Of a stretch of 64,000 nt of DNA, positions 29,812 through 40,850 are shown piece after piece. Each line of letters begins with the position of its first letter. Position 1 is the first letter of the stretch. A program made the translations under genes and the position numbers. The notes under the pieces are model-generated. The model had not been told where the DNA came from. It did not search any database and saw nothing but the letters and a program-made list of their open reading frames with translations. Source of the DNA: Chloroflexota bacterium (lineage in GTDB: Bacteria; Chloroflexota; UBA11872; VXOZ01); the NCBI GenBank assembly GCA_965219505.1, contig OZ244775.1, positions 2,750,815 to 2,814,814 on the forward strand, in the 5' to 3' direction.

Positions 29812-31110
29812 CTAGGCCACTTCATAGTGTTGCAGGTCTACGATCAGCGTGTCGTCACGGTGGGGGCCGACACCCACCATGCAGATTGGTGCGCCCGTTA
29901 GTTCACTTATGCGCTCCAAGTACGCCTGTGCGTTGGGGGGCAGGTCATGCCACGCGCGCGCCGCCGTAGTCGGCTCTTGCCAACCGGGAAGCTCCTCATA
30001 GATGGGCCGGGCTCGTGCCATCAGGCGCGTATCCGGTACCGTCTCATAGCGGGTGCCGTCCACATCGTACGCCACGCAAATCTTGAGCGTGGGCACTTGA
30101 TCGAGTACGTCAATCTTGGTAACCGCAATCGAAGAGAATCCGCAGAGTTCGGCGGCGTAGCGCACGGCGACGGCATCGAACCAACCGCAGCGGCGGGGCC
30201 GTCCGGTGGTGGCACCGTATTCCTCGCCGACTTCCCGCAGAGTCTCGCCCATTTCGCCATCAAGATCGGTTGGCACCGGGCCTTCGCCCACGGCCGTGGT
30301 GTAGGCCTTGACTACCCCAATGATGTTGCCAATCCGATGCGGCGGCACTCCGGCGCCGGTGGCACTGCCACCAGCGATGGGGGAGGACGACGTTACGTAG
30401 GGATAAATCCCCCAATCGATGTCGCGCAGCGCGCCAAGTTGGCCTTCCAAGAGGATCGTTCTTTCCTCTCGCAACGCCTGCTGAACCAAGGGGTGCGTAT
30501 TCTTGATGAACGGGGCGAGTTGCTTGCCCCAGGCCAGCGCCTGCTCCAGCACGTCTGCGTAGGAAAGCGGATTGTGGTCATATATGCGCGTAAGAAGCCT
30601 ATTCTTCGCTTCCAAGACGTGGCGCAAGTACTCGCCCAGGTGTTCTGCGTCGGTCAGGTCGCCCATGCGCAGCCCGACGCGTGCCGCCTTGTCGGTGTAG
30701 CAGGGACCGATGCCGCGCTTGGTAGTGCCCTGCGCGTTCTTGCCGCGCGCCTCTTCCTCGAGACCGTCGAAGAGCACGTGATAGGGCATCACCACCTGGG
30801 CCCGCTCCGAAATGTGCACGCGGCTGGGCGCAGTTACCAGCCCTGCATCATTCAGCATCTTCATTTCCGCAAGAAATGACTGCGGGTTGATCGCCATGCC
30901 CGTGCCGAGCACGTTGTGCACGTGCGGGTAGAATACCCCACATGGGAAGAGATGCAACGCGAACTTGCCATGGCTGTTAACAACCGTATGACCCGCGTTA
31001 TCCCCACCTTGATAACGAATTACCATGTGGGCCTGCGAGGCCAGGAAATCCACCACGCGCCCCTTGCCCTCATCACCCCACTGGGCTCCAACCACGGCTG
31101 TAACTGGCAT
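29812..31110 (-). CDS. purA: Adenylosuccinate synthetase
   Basis: MPVTAVVGAQWGDEGKGRVVD...QGGDNAGHTVV P-loop and GDP-binding motifs. GGAGG RBS. Full-length at 432 aa. Confidence 0.92.
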   Translation of the reverse strand: MPVTAVVGAQWGDEGKGRVVDFLASQAHMVIRYQGGDNAGHTVVNSHGKFALHLFPCGVFYPHVHNVLGTGMAINPQSFLAEMKMLNDAGLVTAPSRVHISERAQVVMPYHVLFDGLEEEARGKNAQGTTKRGIGPCYTDKAARVGLRMGDLTDAEHLGEYLRHVLEAKNRLLTRIYDHNPLSYADVLEQALAWGKQLAPFIKNTHPLVQQALREERTILLEGQLGALRDIDWGIYPYVTSSSPIAGGSATGAGVPPHRIGNIIGVVKAYTTAVGEGPVPTDLDGEMGETLREVGEEYGATTGRPRRCGWFDAVAVRYAAELCGFSSIAVTKIDVLDQVPTLKICVAYDVDGTRYETVPDTRLMARARPIYEELPGWQEPTTAARAWHDLPPNAQAYLERISELTGAPICMVGVGPHRDDTLIVDLQHYEVA

Positions 31111-31274
31111 GGATGCCTCCCTCAACACAAGCTAAACCAAGCCCTCAGTTTAGCAGAATAACCGTACCCCGGCATCACCGGCGTGACGCACCATTCCTAA
31201 TGGTACCCTATGCTCGCGTGCCGGACAAACATCGTGTGTGGACGGGCACACTCTCAGCGTATGGCGGGCGTGAG

Positions 31275-31868
31275 TTAACGTCTGCGTGTTGTTTTCCTGT
31301 CCAGTGGAACCTCGCCGGCAGAGGCTGTTGCGCCAATGAGCAGCAATACGGCAATCAGCAAGAAAGCGCCGAGCGCCATCACGGGGATGGAAATGAACCC
31401 AAACTCCTGCAGCCACATAACGTTGCAGGGAGCGTCCGCGCTGCAGCTTGTCGACTGCTGTAAGCTGGGTACCCGCTGCATAAGGGCATGATAGAACGCA
31501 AGCGCCGCGCCGATTCCTGCCAACGGCAGCGCATACCAGCGCACGTCACGATCGTCGCGGACCGCGCTGATGCCAAGCACAACTACCAGCGGGTACATAG
31601 CAATGCGTTGCAGCCAACACAAGGTGCAGGGCGGATAGTGAGCAATCTCAGAGAGGTAAAGACTACCAAGCGTCGCGATAAGTGCCACCACCCATGCCAG
31701 GCCAAGCGCGGATTCTCGGCCGTGCGCCCACACGCGGTCCAAAATGGTCAAGCGCGCGGAAACATCGGTAGGCAGCACACGCTGCCACAATCCCGCGATT
31801 GCGACTAGCGCTACTGCCCCGAATGCGATCAGGGTGAGAACTGCGAGGGCTAGAGGCACGGACCACAT
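31275..31868 (-). CDS. Disulfide bond formation protein B-like (DsbB/BdbC family) membrane oxidoreductase
   Basis: Four TM helices. First periplasmic loop has the Cys pair (PPCTLCWLQR), second loop has a Cys pair (SCSADAPC). Pattern of the DsbB/BdbC family. Confidence 0.65.
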   Translation of the reverse strand: MWSVPLALAVLTLIAFGAVALVAIAGLWQRVLPTDVSARLTILDRVWAHGRESALGLAWVVALIATLGSLYLSEIAHYPPCTLCWLQRIAMYPLVVVLGISAVRDDRDVRWYALPLAGIGAALAFYHALMQRVPSLQQSTSCSADAPCNVMWLQEFGFISIPVMALGAFLLIAVLLLIGATASAGEVPLDRKTTRRR

Positions 31869-31972
31869 GGGGTACGTTATTCCCCGTTTCGACTCAAGAA
31901 ATGCCGAATTAGCAACTGCACACCACTGTCTGCGGCGCTAAACCCAATGTATATCCAGACCCACGCGTTCTG

Positions 31973-33202
31973 TCAGGTCGCCGCAGTGGCCCGTTGCTCT
32001 ACGGCATTATGCGTAAAGCGGCCTACCGGCGGCAGTGGTTCACCGACCAGCGGCCGGGCATATTGGCGGAACGCTTCAGACGGCATGTTGCCGTCCTTGT
32101 CCATGAATGCCCGCGGCATGAGGCTTTCGGCGTTGGCCACGGCTCCCAATGGCGCCGTGCCGGTCGTGCACTGGTATGGGTCGTTGCTTGTTCGATCCAA
32201 AGTAATCATGACGCCGCTGGCGCCGCCCACGGCTTCCCGCACCGCCGCCTGACCGACCAGATAGGCCTCCTCGCGATCTACCGCGGAGGTGGTCACCATT
32301 GACGACCGCTGCAGCGTGCCGGGACGGTTTGCGCGCGCCTTTATCCCCAAACGTTCGCGCACTTGCCTCGCCAGGTAGTTGGCGCACCCTGCGACAATGA
32401 TGTGACCGAAGGAATCAGAGTTCACGGTAGCTTCCGACAGTCCGACGATATCGCCATCCGCCGTCGTTAGCATTTCGGCAACCGCCACCGTGGCGAAGCC
32501 GAATTCGACGAAGCAGCGCGAAACATCGTCCAAGAAACGATCTTCGCTGAACGGTATTTCAGGCACATACACGAGGTGCGGCGGGTCGATTGGGCTCTCT
32601 TTGCCCAAACAGCTCGCGGCAGTCAGCCAACCGGCGTGACGACCCATGCTTTCGTAGATCGCAACTCTATCGTAGCCCGCCATTGCTTCCACGTCACGCC
32701 CCATGTCGCGTACCGACAAGGCGCAGAAACGAGCGGCGCTGCCGTAGCCGGGACAATGGTCGGTGTACATGAGGTCGTTATCTATGGTCTTCGGTACGCC
32801 GATCACGCGCAATTCATAGCCCTCGCGCTCCGCCAGATCGGCGATGCGCTGGCTGGTATCCATCGAATCGTTGCCGCCGTTATAGAGAAAATACCTGATA
32901 TTCTGGGCGCAAAAGACCTCAAGGATACGCATGTAGTCGTCTGGGCGCAGCTTCCGGCGACAGGAACCCAGAGCGGCAGCCGGCGTGTGCTTGATACGCT
33001 CCAACTCTGCGCCGCTTACTCCTCCGAGGTCCATCAAGTCTTCCTTAAGCAAGCCTTCTACACCGTGCCGCAAGCCATAGACGTTTTCAATTGCAGAATG
33101 CTTGCTCGCCTCGTGCAACACGCCCACAAGCGATGCATTTATGACAGCCGTAGGCCCACCTGATTGACCAACCGCCAAATTGCCGCGCAGAGTGTCAGGC
33201 AT
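31973..33202 (-). CDS. pfk: 6-phosphofructokinase (PFK-A family; GGNDS variant suggests a PPi-dependent or atypical enzyme)
   Basis: VGQSGGPTAVINASLVG, YNGGNDSMDT, GVPKTIDNDL and MGRHAGWL motifs of the phosphofructokinase family. Confidence 0.8.
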   Translation of the reverse strand: MPDTLRGNLAVGQSGGPTAVINASLVGVLHEASKHSAIENVYGLRHGVEGLLKEDLMDLGGVSGAELERIKHTPAAALGSCRRKLRPDDYMRILEVFCAQNIRYFLYNGGNDSMDTSQRIADLAEREGYELRVIGVPKTIDNDLMYTDHCPGYGSAARFCALSVRDMGRDVEAMAGYDRVAIYESMGRHAGWLTAASCLGKESPIDPPHLVYVPEIPFSEDRFLDDVSRCFVEFGFATVAVAEMLTTADGDIVGLSEATVNSDSFGHIIVAGCANYLARQVRERLGIKARANRPGTLQRSSMVTTSAVDREEAYLVGQAAVREAVGGASGVMITLDRTSNDPYQCTTGTAPLGAVANAESLMPRAFMDKDGNMPSEAFRQYARPLVGEPLPPVGRFTHNAVEQRATAAT

Positions 33203-33225
33203 AAGAGGTTTCCGCTCCTCTCACG

Positions 33226-34266
33226 TTAAGCAAGTGCGTATTGTGTTAGGATGTCAATGCCCTGATCTCGGTAGCGGGGAAGTCTTCCCAGTGCTTCGTC
33301 CGGGCCGATGCCGTGATGAATGATCTCGCTGATGACCGCGCCAACGGCTAACGGGTCGTCCTGACCCGGGTAGAGCACGTTGCGTCCCACCATGGCCCCT
33401 CGGACATTGGGCCCGCCGCTCAAGCCACGGGCGAACTCGCGAATGGTCGGTTCAGGATTGTCGTGCGACGCCCCACCCAGCATCAAGAGCGGCATCGTCG
33501 TTGCCCGCACCACGCGCTCGTAGTCCTCGCAGACGGGAATCTTCAACCAGGTGCGGGCGGTATTGCCGCCCAGGCCGGAGAGCACGCCGATCTGCTTGAG
33601 CAGCTCGATGGGATCTTTGACCGGTTGGTACCCGTTTTCGGTGCGTTTTACCGGCAGCGGCTCCAAGAAACTCGGCAGGCCCATCGCGCTGAGTTCGCTA
33701 ACCGCCTCCGCAATGTACATGAGAGTCTTGCCGGAACCCGGCTCATTGAGATCAAGACGCCACAGCACCTTGGCTCCATCCAAATTCGCCTCGGCGATAC
33801 CATCAGCGGTGTACGCGCTCATGTCGTCGTCCATCTCGAACACCGTTCCGGCCAGGCCCGAACGATTCATCGAGCCCAGCAAGACCTTGCCGTCCAGAAA
33901 GCCCGGGCCGCCGCCTTGCTTGACTAAGTGGTTGACGATGAAGACGTCGTCCAGAACGTCGGGTGTTGCCATCAGGCCGTCAATGAGACCGCCCACCAGC
34001 GCCCGTAGCACACGGCCCAAGTACGCGTGCCGGTTCGTCATGCCCAGCGGGTCGGTGGGCGTGGCGGTCGACATGCGCGCCGGATGGTCCGCTGCTAGGA
34101 TGACCAGCTTGCCGTCGGGGGCAAGCTGCGTGCGCCTTTTGCGCGAGCGCTGCTCCAGCGCCACGACTTCCGGCCTATCTACCCGCACGTCCGTAATGCG
34201 CCAAAAGACGTCTTCAGGGAAGAACCGATCAAGATCGAATGCGTAAGCGCCCGCAATTTCTGCCAT
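33226..34266 (-). CDS. Class I aldolase of the DeoC/FbaB (DhnA-like) family, probable fructose-bisphosphate aldolase partner of the adjacent PFK
   Basis: 346 aa TIM-barrel-like protein. LVILAADHP and LMLGGAS blocks resemble Cgl0159/DhnA-type class I aldolases. It is adjacent to and on the same strand as pfk. Confidence 0.45.
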   Translation of the reverse strand: MAEIAGAYAFDLDRFFPEDVFWRITDVRVDRPEVVALEQRSRKRRTQLAPDGKLVILAADHPARMSTATPTDPLGMTNRHAYLGRVLRALVGGLIDGLMATPDVLDDVFIVNHLVKQGGGPGFLDGKVLLGSMNRSGLAGTVFEMDDDMSAYTADGIAEANLDGAKVLWRLDLNEPGSGKTLMYIAEAVSELSAMGLPSFLEPLPVKRTENGYQPVKDPIELLKQIGVLSGLGGNTARTWLKIPVCEDYERVVRATTMPLLMLGGASHDNPEPTIREFARGLSGGPNVRGAMVGRNVLYPGQDDPLAVGAVISEIIHHGIGPDEALGRLPRYRDQGIDILTQYALA

Positions 34267-34615
34267 CTATGCGTCTCCTGCTGTGGTCGCGCGCGTCAAT
34301 ATCCGTGTGCCAACAACCAATTATAGCTTACCTCTTCGTACTTTACTTGCACGGCTAACGATCACACACAACTAACACCCTCTCACCAACAAGCTCTCAC
34401 AAGCCCAATTGCCTGTCTCCGTAGAGTTTATATATTGACACATGCATACGCGCTCACAACTCTATAGGATACAGAGTCCTACCCATGGCCGGTAATCCAT
34501 AGCAGCGACACAACTAGGTTACAATATTGGAAGTCGGTGGGAAGTGCAAGACTGCAAGAGGGCATAACCTGCGCAGGAGTGGCCTGGGCCGCCGCAGGTA
34601 GCAAGACGGCGCGCT

Positions 34616-34860
34616 CTATCCTATCCCGTTCGTGCTGTGCCTGCCTGTCCAGAGCACTTCGACAAGCTCAGCACAGGCTTGTCGTAGGGTCGCAGCACAG
34701 CGGCGCGCTTTAGCCCTTCCCGTTCGCGCTGAGCCCGTCGAAGCACAACGTTGCGCCTGAATCCTTCCCGTTCGTGCTGAGCCTGTCGAAGCACAACGTT
34801 GCGCCTGAATCCTTCCCGTTCGTGCTGAGCCTGTCGAAGCACAACGGGAAGGCAGTTCAC
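34616..34860. repeat. Tandem array of the REP-like repeat: ~2.8 copies of a 48-bp unit CCTTCCCGTTCGTGCTGAGCCTGTCGAAGCACAACGTTGCGCCTGAAT, plus a divergent leading copy
   Basis: Units at ~34715-34762, 34763-34810 and 34811-~34850 are near-identical head-to-tail copies. There is no unique spacer between units. Confidence 0.7.
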
Positions 34861-34961
34861 CTGACAAGAACCGGTGCAAACTGCCTAAGCGCCACCGTGG
34901 TTAGTTTTGCGCAAGCGGTATAGGCTGTAAGTCAATAGCGAACCGAATAGAGAATCCCCGA

Positions 34962-35381
34962 ATGACTGGCTCCGTTACACCTCAGCCCCATGTTCCCGTT
35001 GAGACCAAAGGGCGCAGAAAGACCATCGCCGTTGTTGCCGAGCAGTGGCACCTGCGAGCGCTCGTACGCGCCGCCGTGGAGAACAAACGCACGAGAGTTG
35101 CCGAGGCATCGACCTTGCAAGCAATCAGCGCTATCGCCCACAGGGAACGGCTCGACCTTGTGATCCTGGATGCCGACCTTGTCTGTGACGACGCGATGGC
35201 ACCGTATGCACAGCTAAAGCGCGACCCGGCGCTTGCGGACGTGCCCATGATCCTACTCACCGACCGCACCGCGTCTGAGGAATGGTCAACCGCAAGCGTA
35301 AGACATCCCGATCGGACGCTCCACAAGCACTTCAGTCCCTTCGAACTCCTGAACATCGTCTACACCCTCACCGGCTATTGA
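34962..35381 (+). CDS. Stand-alone receiver (REC)-like domain protein with a degenerate acidic pocket
   Basis: CheY-like fold. The phospho-acceptor Asp (LVILDADL) and conserved Lys (HKHFSPFE) are present. The N-terminal DD pair is replaced by E-Q (IAVVAEQW). Confidence 0.5.
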   Translation: MTGSVTPQPHVPVETKGRRKTIAVVAEQWHLRALVRAAVENKRTRVAEASTLQAISAIAHRERLDLVILDADLVCDDAMAPYAQLKRDPALADVPMILLTDRTASEEWSTASVRHPDRTLHKHFSPFELLNIVYTLTGY

Positions 35382-35505
35382 CCGGCCAGCAAAGTTTTTA
35401 CGCCTATACGAATAGTCGGTCTCAACCAGATCCCTAACTTCGATTGGCATGAAGGGACGAAGCAAGTACAGGAGGTCAAGCCAGCGCCACAAACGCTAGT
35501 CGTCG

Positions 35506-36300
35506 TTACCGAGCCAGCAGCTCTTCCACATGATTGCGAACAGAGTCGCGGTCTGCACTGCAGACGAGGCAGGGGAACGGAAACTCGCCGGTGGCGCGGA
35601 AGCGGGCGGCGTTGGGGTAATGGAAGTCGCCGGTGTGGGTCATGAACTGTCCCCAATAGCCGTACGTGTAACTGGGACCCGATATGCGGCATTTCTCGTG
35701 CCATTCCGGGGGAAAGAGCGACCGAAATGGGGGAAAGTTGTTGATCCAACTGCCGCACTGCACAATCCGGATGTCCGGTCGATCCTTTTCCAGGTCGTCC
35801 AGGAGTTTTAGCAGCGACCGCGTCAAGGCGGGCATGTCCCGGAAGGGCGACCGGGGCTGCAGCACGTTGGTGAAGTGGATGTGGACGATGTCTTCCGCGT
35901 AGTCGCGGCTGAAGCAGCCGTAGGGCGTGGGCGGAATAATTTGCCCCGCACCCTCCCAGAGGTTGCCCTTGCGTTCCCCGGCGAGGCGTTCCTCCATAGC
36001 GGGGAGCAGCAGCGCGTAGGCGGCTTCTTCCAGCGCTTGGGTGGTCGCGTCGGCGCGGTGGTGATGGCGAAAGATTTCTTGTAACTGCTGCACTAATTCA
36101 TCCCACCGGGGATCGGCGTAGCCCCGCGCCGGATGGTTCTCTCCATCCCAGAGGTGCGTGCGCCGGTAGATATCGACTCGGGTAGTGATAAGTTCCTCGA
36201 AAGAGCGCTGCTCAGTCTGCAGCAGCCGATTCACGTACCAGATCTTGAGTTTCACGCACTCGCGATCATAGTTGCGCCGGATTTCTAACCGAGATGCCAT
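35506..36300 (-). CDS. Hypothetical protein (264 aa)
   Basis: Long ORF with codon usage like the neighbours. No recognisable domain. Confidence 0.4.
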   Translation of the reverse strand: MASRLEIRRNYDRECVKLKIWYVNRLLQTEQRSFEELITTRVDIYRRTHLWDGENHPARGYADPRWDELVQQLQEIFRHHHRADATTQALEEAAYALLLPAMEERLAGERKGNLWEGAGQIIPPTPYGCFSRDYAEDIVHIHFTNVLQPRSPFRDMPALTRSLLKLLDDLEKDRPDIRIVQCGSWINNFPPFRSLFPPEWHEKCRISGPSYTYGYWGQFMTHTGDFHYPNAARFRATGEFPFPCLVCSADRDSVRNHVEELLAR

Positions 36301-36572
36301 AACTCAATTCCCTGACGGAGAGCATTGCGTAACTCTGTCGGACACGAGGAACTGCACTTAAACGGTAGAGATTTCCCCTCACCCCGGCCCTTATATCTTA
36401 GAAATGGGAGATAAAATGGGGGCAGGCGTGGCAGACCGGCTGGCCCTGGGTCACAGAAGACCGTGGGAGAGAGAGGTCGTCACGCCTGCCGAGCTCCCCC
36501 AGAGCCCGAACAGTTACTCGGACTGATAGTCCGAATTCATAAGGCTGGGACTGCCGGGGGCACCACGCTTAG

Positions 36573-37535
<963 letters not shown>

Positions 37536-37734
37536 CAGCCAAGACAGTTTCTCTCCCCAGGGAGAGGGAGTCTTTTTTCCTGCCGGCCATGGTGGTGCAA
37601 AAGTCTCCTGGCCGAGGTACAACCGTTTGCCCGGCGCTCTCGTGTCCGATTCAAGCGCTTGTCTATACATCTATGGTCACCGGTCCGCCGGCTGTGCTAG
37701 AGATGTCCTCAAGAAGCGTTCTCGATTCTGTCGT

Positions 37735-38739
37735 CTACACTTCCGGTACTACTGTAACAGGCAAACCTGTCTCGATAGATTGCCGGGCGGCTGCGATGAG
37801 GCGCATCGCCTCCACGCCGTCCTCGCCCGTCACGATCGGCGCGGCTTTTCCTGCCAAGCAGTCGAGGAAGTGGCTGACTTCCAGGTAAAAGCGGTCGTGT
37901 CCGCCGATGTCCGCCTCTACCCGCTCGGTGACGTGGTCCAGGCTGAAGCGGCTCCTACCGGTCGAGTAGTCGATCACGATAGCGCCGTATTCACCGTATA
38001 ACTCTACACACTTCTCCGTATGGGGCGACGACCAGCTTCCCTCCATGGTGCCGACCACGCCGTCCACGCTCTCCGCCATGAAAACGACGGTATCGGTGCC
38101 GGGAATGTCCTGGGCGAGCGTTGCGCCCTTGGCGTAGATATTCTTCATTTCCCCCACCAGGTAGCGGAACAAATCGACGTAGTGGGGGCCGGACTCCCAG
38201 AGGATGCCGCCGCCCAGAGCGGGATCGGCCAGCCAGGTACCGGCCATGAGTTCAACTCCCGCAAACCGGAGGCGGAAATGGTGAAGCGGGCCCAACTTGC
38301 CGGCATCGATCCACTCCTTGGCTTTCGCGATCGGCGTATAGAAGCGATTGCAGAAGGCGGTCAGCAGAAAGACATTGGCCTGCTTGGCGGCGGCGACCAT
38401 GGCTTGGCCCTCAGCCACACTCATCGCCAGAGGTTTCTCGCAGAGCACGTGCAGACCCCACGCAGTGGCCTGTTCGGTGATTTCGCGGTGGGAGGGCGGC
38501 GGCGTGCAAATGCTGACCGCATCCAATTCCTCAGAACGCAGCAACTGTGCGTAGTCGCAGTACGCTTTGGCCTCGTACTCCTCCGCGCGCGCCTCGGCAA
38601 CGGCCTGAATTGGATCAGCCACGGCCACGATCTGCGCCCGCTCGTTTGCGGCATAGCTGCACAAGTGAGAGTGCGAAATAGCGCCGCACCCAATTACGCC
38701 CACACGTATGATGGACATATCTCTCTCAAGTGAAGCCAT
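37735..38739 (-). CDS. Gfo/Idh/MocA-family oxidoreductase
   Basis: IRVGVIGCGAISHSH Rossmann motif, LCEKPLAMSVAEGQ motif. GAGGAAG RBS upstream of ATG at 38739. Confidence 0.85.
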   Translation of the reverse strand: MASLERDMSIIRVGVIGCGAISHSHLCSYAANERAQIVAVADPIQAVAEARAEEYEAKAYCDYAQLLRSEELDAVSICTPPPSHREITEQATAWGLHVLCEKPLAMSVAEGQAMVAAAKQANVFLLTAFCNRFYTPIAKAKEWIDAGKLGPLHHFRLRFAGVELMAGTWLADPALGGGILWESGPHYVDLFRYLVGEMKNIYAKGATLAQDIPGTDTVVFMAESVDGVVGTMEGSWSSPHTEKCVELYGEYGAIVIDYSTGRSRFSLDHVTERVEADIGGHDRFYLEVSHFLDCLAGKAAPIVTGEDGVEAMRLIAAARQSIETGLPVTVVPEV

Positions 38740-38794
38740 GGCTTCCTCTCGCTCAAGGTCCTACAGCGTATAGAAACGCCCCCGAGCACATTGT

Positions 38795-39544
38795 TCACTG
38801 TTTCCGCCCGACCATCAGGCGCGTTAGTAAGCCGAATTGGGGTGGATCAAGGGCAAACGTCTCTCTTATTTCCCGCGGTGCTGAGGCAAACAACTCCCGC
38901 AGCTTCGCAACAGCGTCCGGCGGCGTCTGCTGGCGGGCTACCCAATCGTCGAACTCCAACATCTTCAACCAGGTATGCGTCACGGCAAAGCTCAGACCCG
39001 CATCGTGGAAAAAGCGTTGCCACTCACCTCTGCTCCACTCACGCACGTGCGAGGGATCGCGCAGTATCTCGACCGTATTGATCCAGCGGTCTGCGGCGGG
39101 ATCCTCCGGCGACGTATTGTCGACGACCAGCAAGCGCCCAGCCTTGGTCAGCACACGCGCCACTTCCTGCACAACGCGCGCGGGTTCGTGGAAGTGATGT
39201 CCCGTGTAGCGGCAGACGACGAGGGAAAAACTCTCGTCAGGAAACGGCAGGTGCTCGGCGTTCCCCACGCTGGCTTGAAAGTTCTCTACGCCGCGCTCAT
39301 GTGCATTGCGGCAGGCCGCTTGGACCATCTGGGGCGTAATGTCGAGTCCGACGATCTGCTGCGTACAGGGCGCGAGCGCAAAGGCGGCGTGGCCCGCCCC
39401 GGTACCGATGTCAAGGGCACGCGTGTGCCGGTCCGGTCCGGCATGCTCCACCAACCAGCCTAAGTCCTCGCCCTCCGCAAAGACCGCGCTCGTGGTGTAG
39501 GCGTCAGCCGCGCGTCCGAATTGTTTCTGGGTCTGTTGATACAT
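38795..39544 (-). CDS. Class I SAM-dependent methyltransferase (Methyltransf_11-like)
   Basis: ALDIGTGAGHAAFALAP (motif I) and LVVCRYTGHHF..LTKAGRLLVVD (post I/II). Start set at MYQQTQKQF. The 70 upstream codons in the ORF track are translated tandem-repeat DNA. Confidence 0.7.
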   Translation of the reverse strand: MYQQTQKQFGRAADAYTTSAVFAEGEDLGWLVEHAGPDRHTRALDIGTGAGHAAFALAPCTQQIVGLDITPQMVQAACRNAHERGVENFQASVGNAEHLPFPDESFSLVVCRYTGHHFHEPARVVQEVARVLTKAGRLLVVDNTSPEDPAADRWINTVEILRDPSHVREWSRGEWQRFFHDAGLSFAVTHTWLKMLEFDDWVARQQTPPDAVAKLRELFASAPREIRETFALDPPQFGLLTRLMVGRKQ

Positions 39545-39548
39545 CGTA

Positions 39549-39660
39549 TTGGGCAACCTTTGCGCACCTCGATCCTGCAGGCCGGAAAACTCCCTCTCCC
39601 TGGAAAACCCTTGCGCATCTCGATCCTGCAGGCCGAAAGACTCCCTCTCCCTGGGAGGCT
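39549..39660. repeat. Two tandem ~52-bp direct repeats (TTGCGCA(C/T)CTCGATCCTGCAGGCCG(G/A)AA(A/G)ACTCCCTCTCCCTGG...)
   Basis: Direct duplication immediately upstream of the methyltransferase start, followed at 39690-39830 by another REP-family hairpin pair. Confidence 0.6.
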
Positions 39661-40273
39661 GTCTCATAAGTCGACTCGATAAGCAAAATCGTGCTTCGAC
39701 ACGGGCTTCGCGAAGCCCACTCAGCACGAACGGGATTTGCCTTTTCCGTTCCACCCCGTATCGTGTACGGGGCAGGCTCCGAGTACTTCGACAGGCTCAG
39801 CACAGGCTCTGTCGAAGGGTAAGTCTGCACTGAGCAATGCACTTTTGAGACTAGCACCTGAGGAGAGGGCCGAGGTGAGAGGTAATCTTCACCATTACGG
39901 CCTATAGCCGTGCGCTCGTCAGAGATACACAAAGGCATCCTTGGGTGCAAGCCGCCTCATCTAATGTCCGAATTCATCCGACCTCCGCTTGATCGCTGCG
40001 CTCCGCGCGGCTGCACAAGAACGACACAACTTCGTACTCGCGGCGGTTGTAATGGATCAAACATTATGGGTCAAGCTGTCTAGCTCTTGCAACTCCACGA
40101 GTCCGCCTCTCGCATGGTAAAGGATGCGCCGCGTTCAGGGCAACGGGAACATGACACTGGTTTAGTGCTATGCTAGAATCGCGGTTTGGGTGAGGTGAAT
40201 GACTCGCCTTGCGCCAGACTGAAGCGGGCTCTACAAATATCCAGGAAGATGTCGGAAGAAGGAGTGGCTCTTG

Positions 40274-40786
40274 ATGCGGTGGCGTTTGCGCGTTCCCTTG
40301 GCGCTCATTGCGATTGTGCTTTCGTTGACACTGTTCAGCGCATGTGGCGGTGAAGAGGAAGCAACAGCCTGGAGTTGGGATGAAGAACCGACACCAGTTG
40401 TCGAACCGACCGCCGTTGTGGTTGAGGAAGCGTGCGAGCCGATGCCGGAATGCATTAAGGTACCTCCGGGCCTACTAGACAAAGGTAAGGTTGAGAATGG
40501 GATGGGACTATTCGCGGATAAGGGATGCATCGCCTGTCATCAGGTTGAAGAAGACGGCCCCGGCGGCACAATCGGCCCCTTACTCGCCGGCATCGGCGAT
40601 CCCGCTGCGCGACCGCTGCTGGCGGCAAGTACTGGGGACTCCGCAGGTATTCCCAACACGCCGAAGAATATCTGGCGGTGGGTGCAGTTCCCGCAGAAGA
40701 TCAAGCCGGGGACAGAAATGGCGCCCGCAGCCCTTACTCCCGAAGAGGCCGCTGATATTGTGGCCTATCTCAGGACGTTGAAGTAG
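40274..40786 (+). CDS. Class I c-type cytochrome lipoprotein
   Basis: Signal peptide plus LFSACGG lipobox. Single CIACH haem-binding motif with downstream Met. AGGAGTGG RBS. Confidence 0.8.
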   Translation: MRWRLRVPLALIAIVLSLTLFSACGGEEEATAWSWDEEPTPVVEPTAVVVEEACEPMPECIKVPPGLLDKGKVENGMGLFADKGCIACHQVEEDGPGGTIGPLLAGIGDPAARPLLAASTGDSAGIPNTPKNIWRWVQFPQKIKPGTEMAPAALTPEEAADIVAYLRTLK

Positions 40787-40850
40787 CGAGTCAAGCAGCC
40801 TGATTTCGGGCGTCGGGATTCTTTGCGGCAATCTCAGGGAACCGTAGTCG

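Noticed and set aside
34616-34860. Possible CRISPR array
   Set aside because: Repeat units abut directly with no unique spacers. Units are 48 bp and identical to a dispersed REP family. No cas genes nearby.
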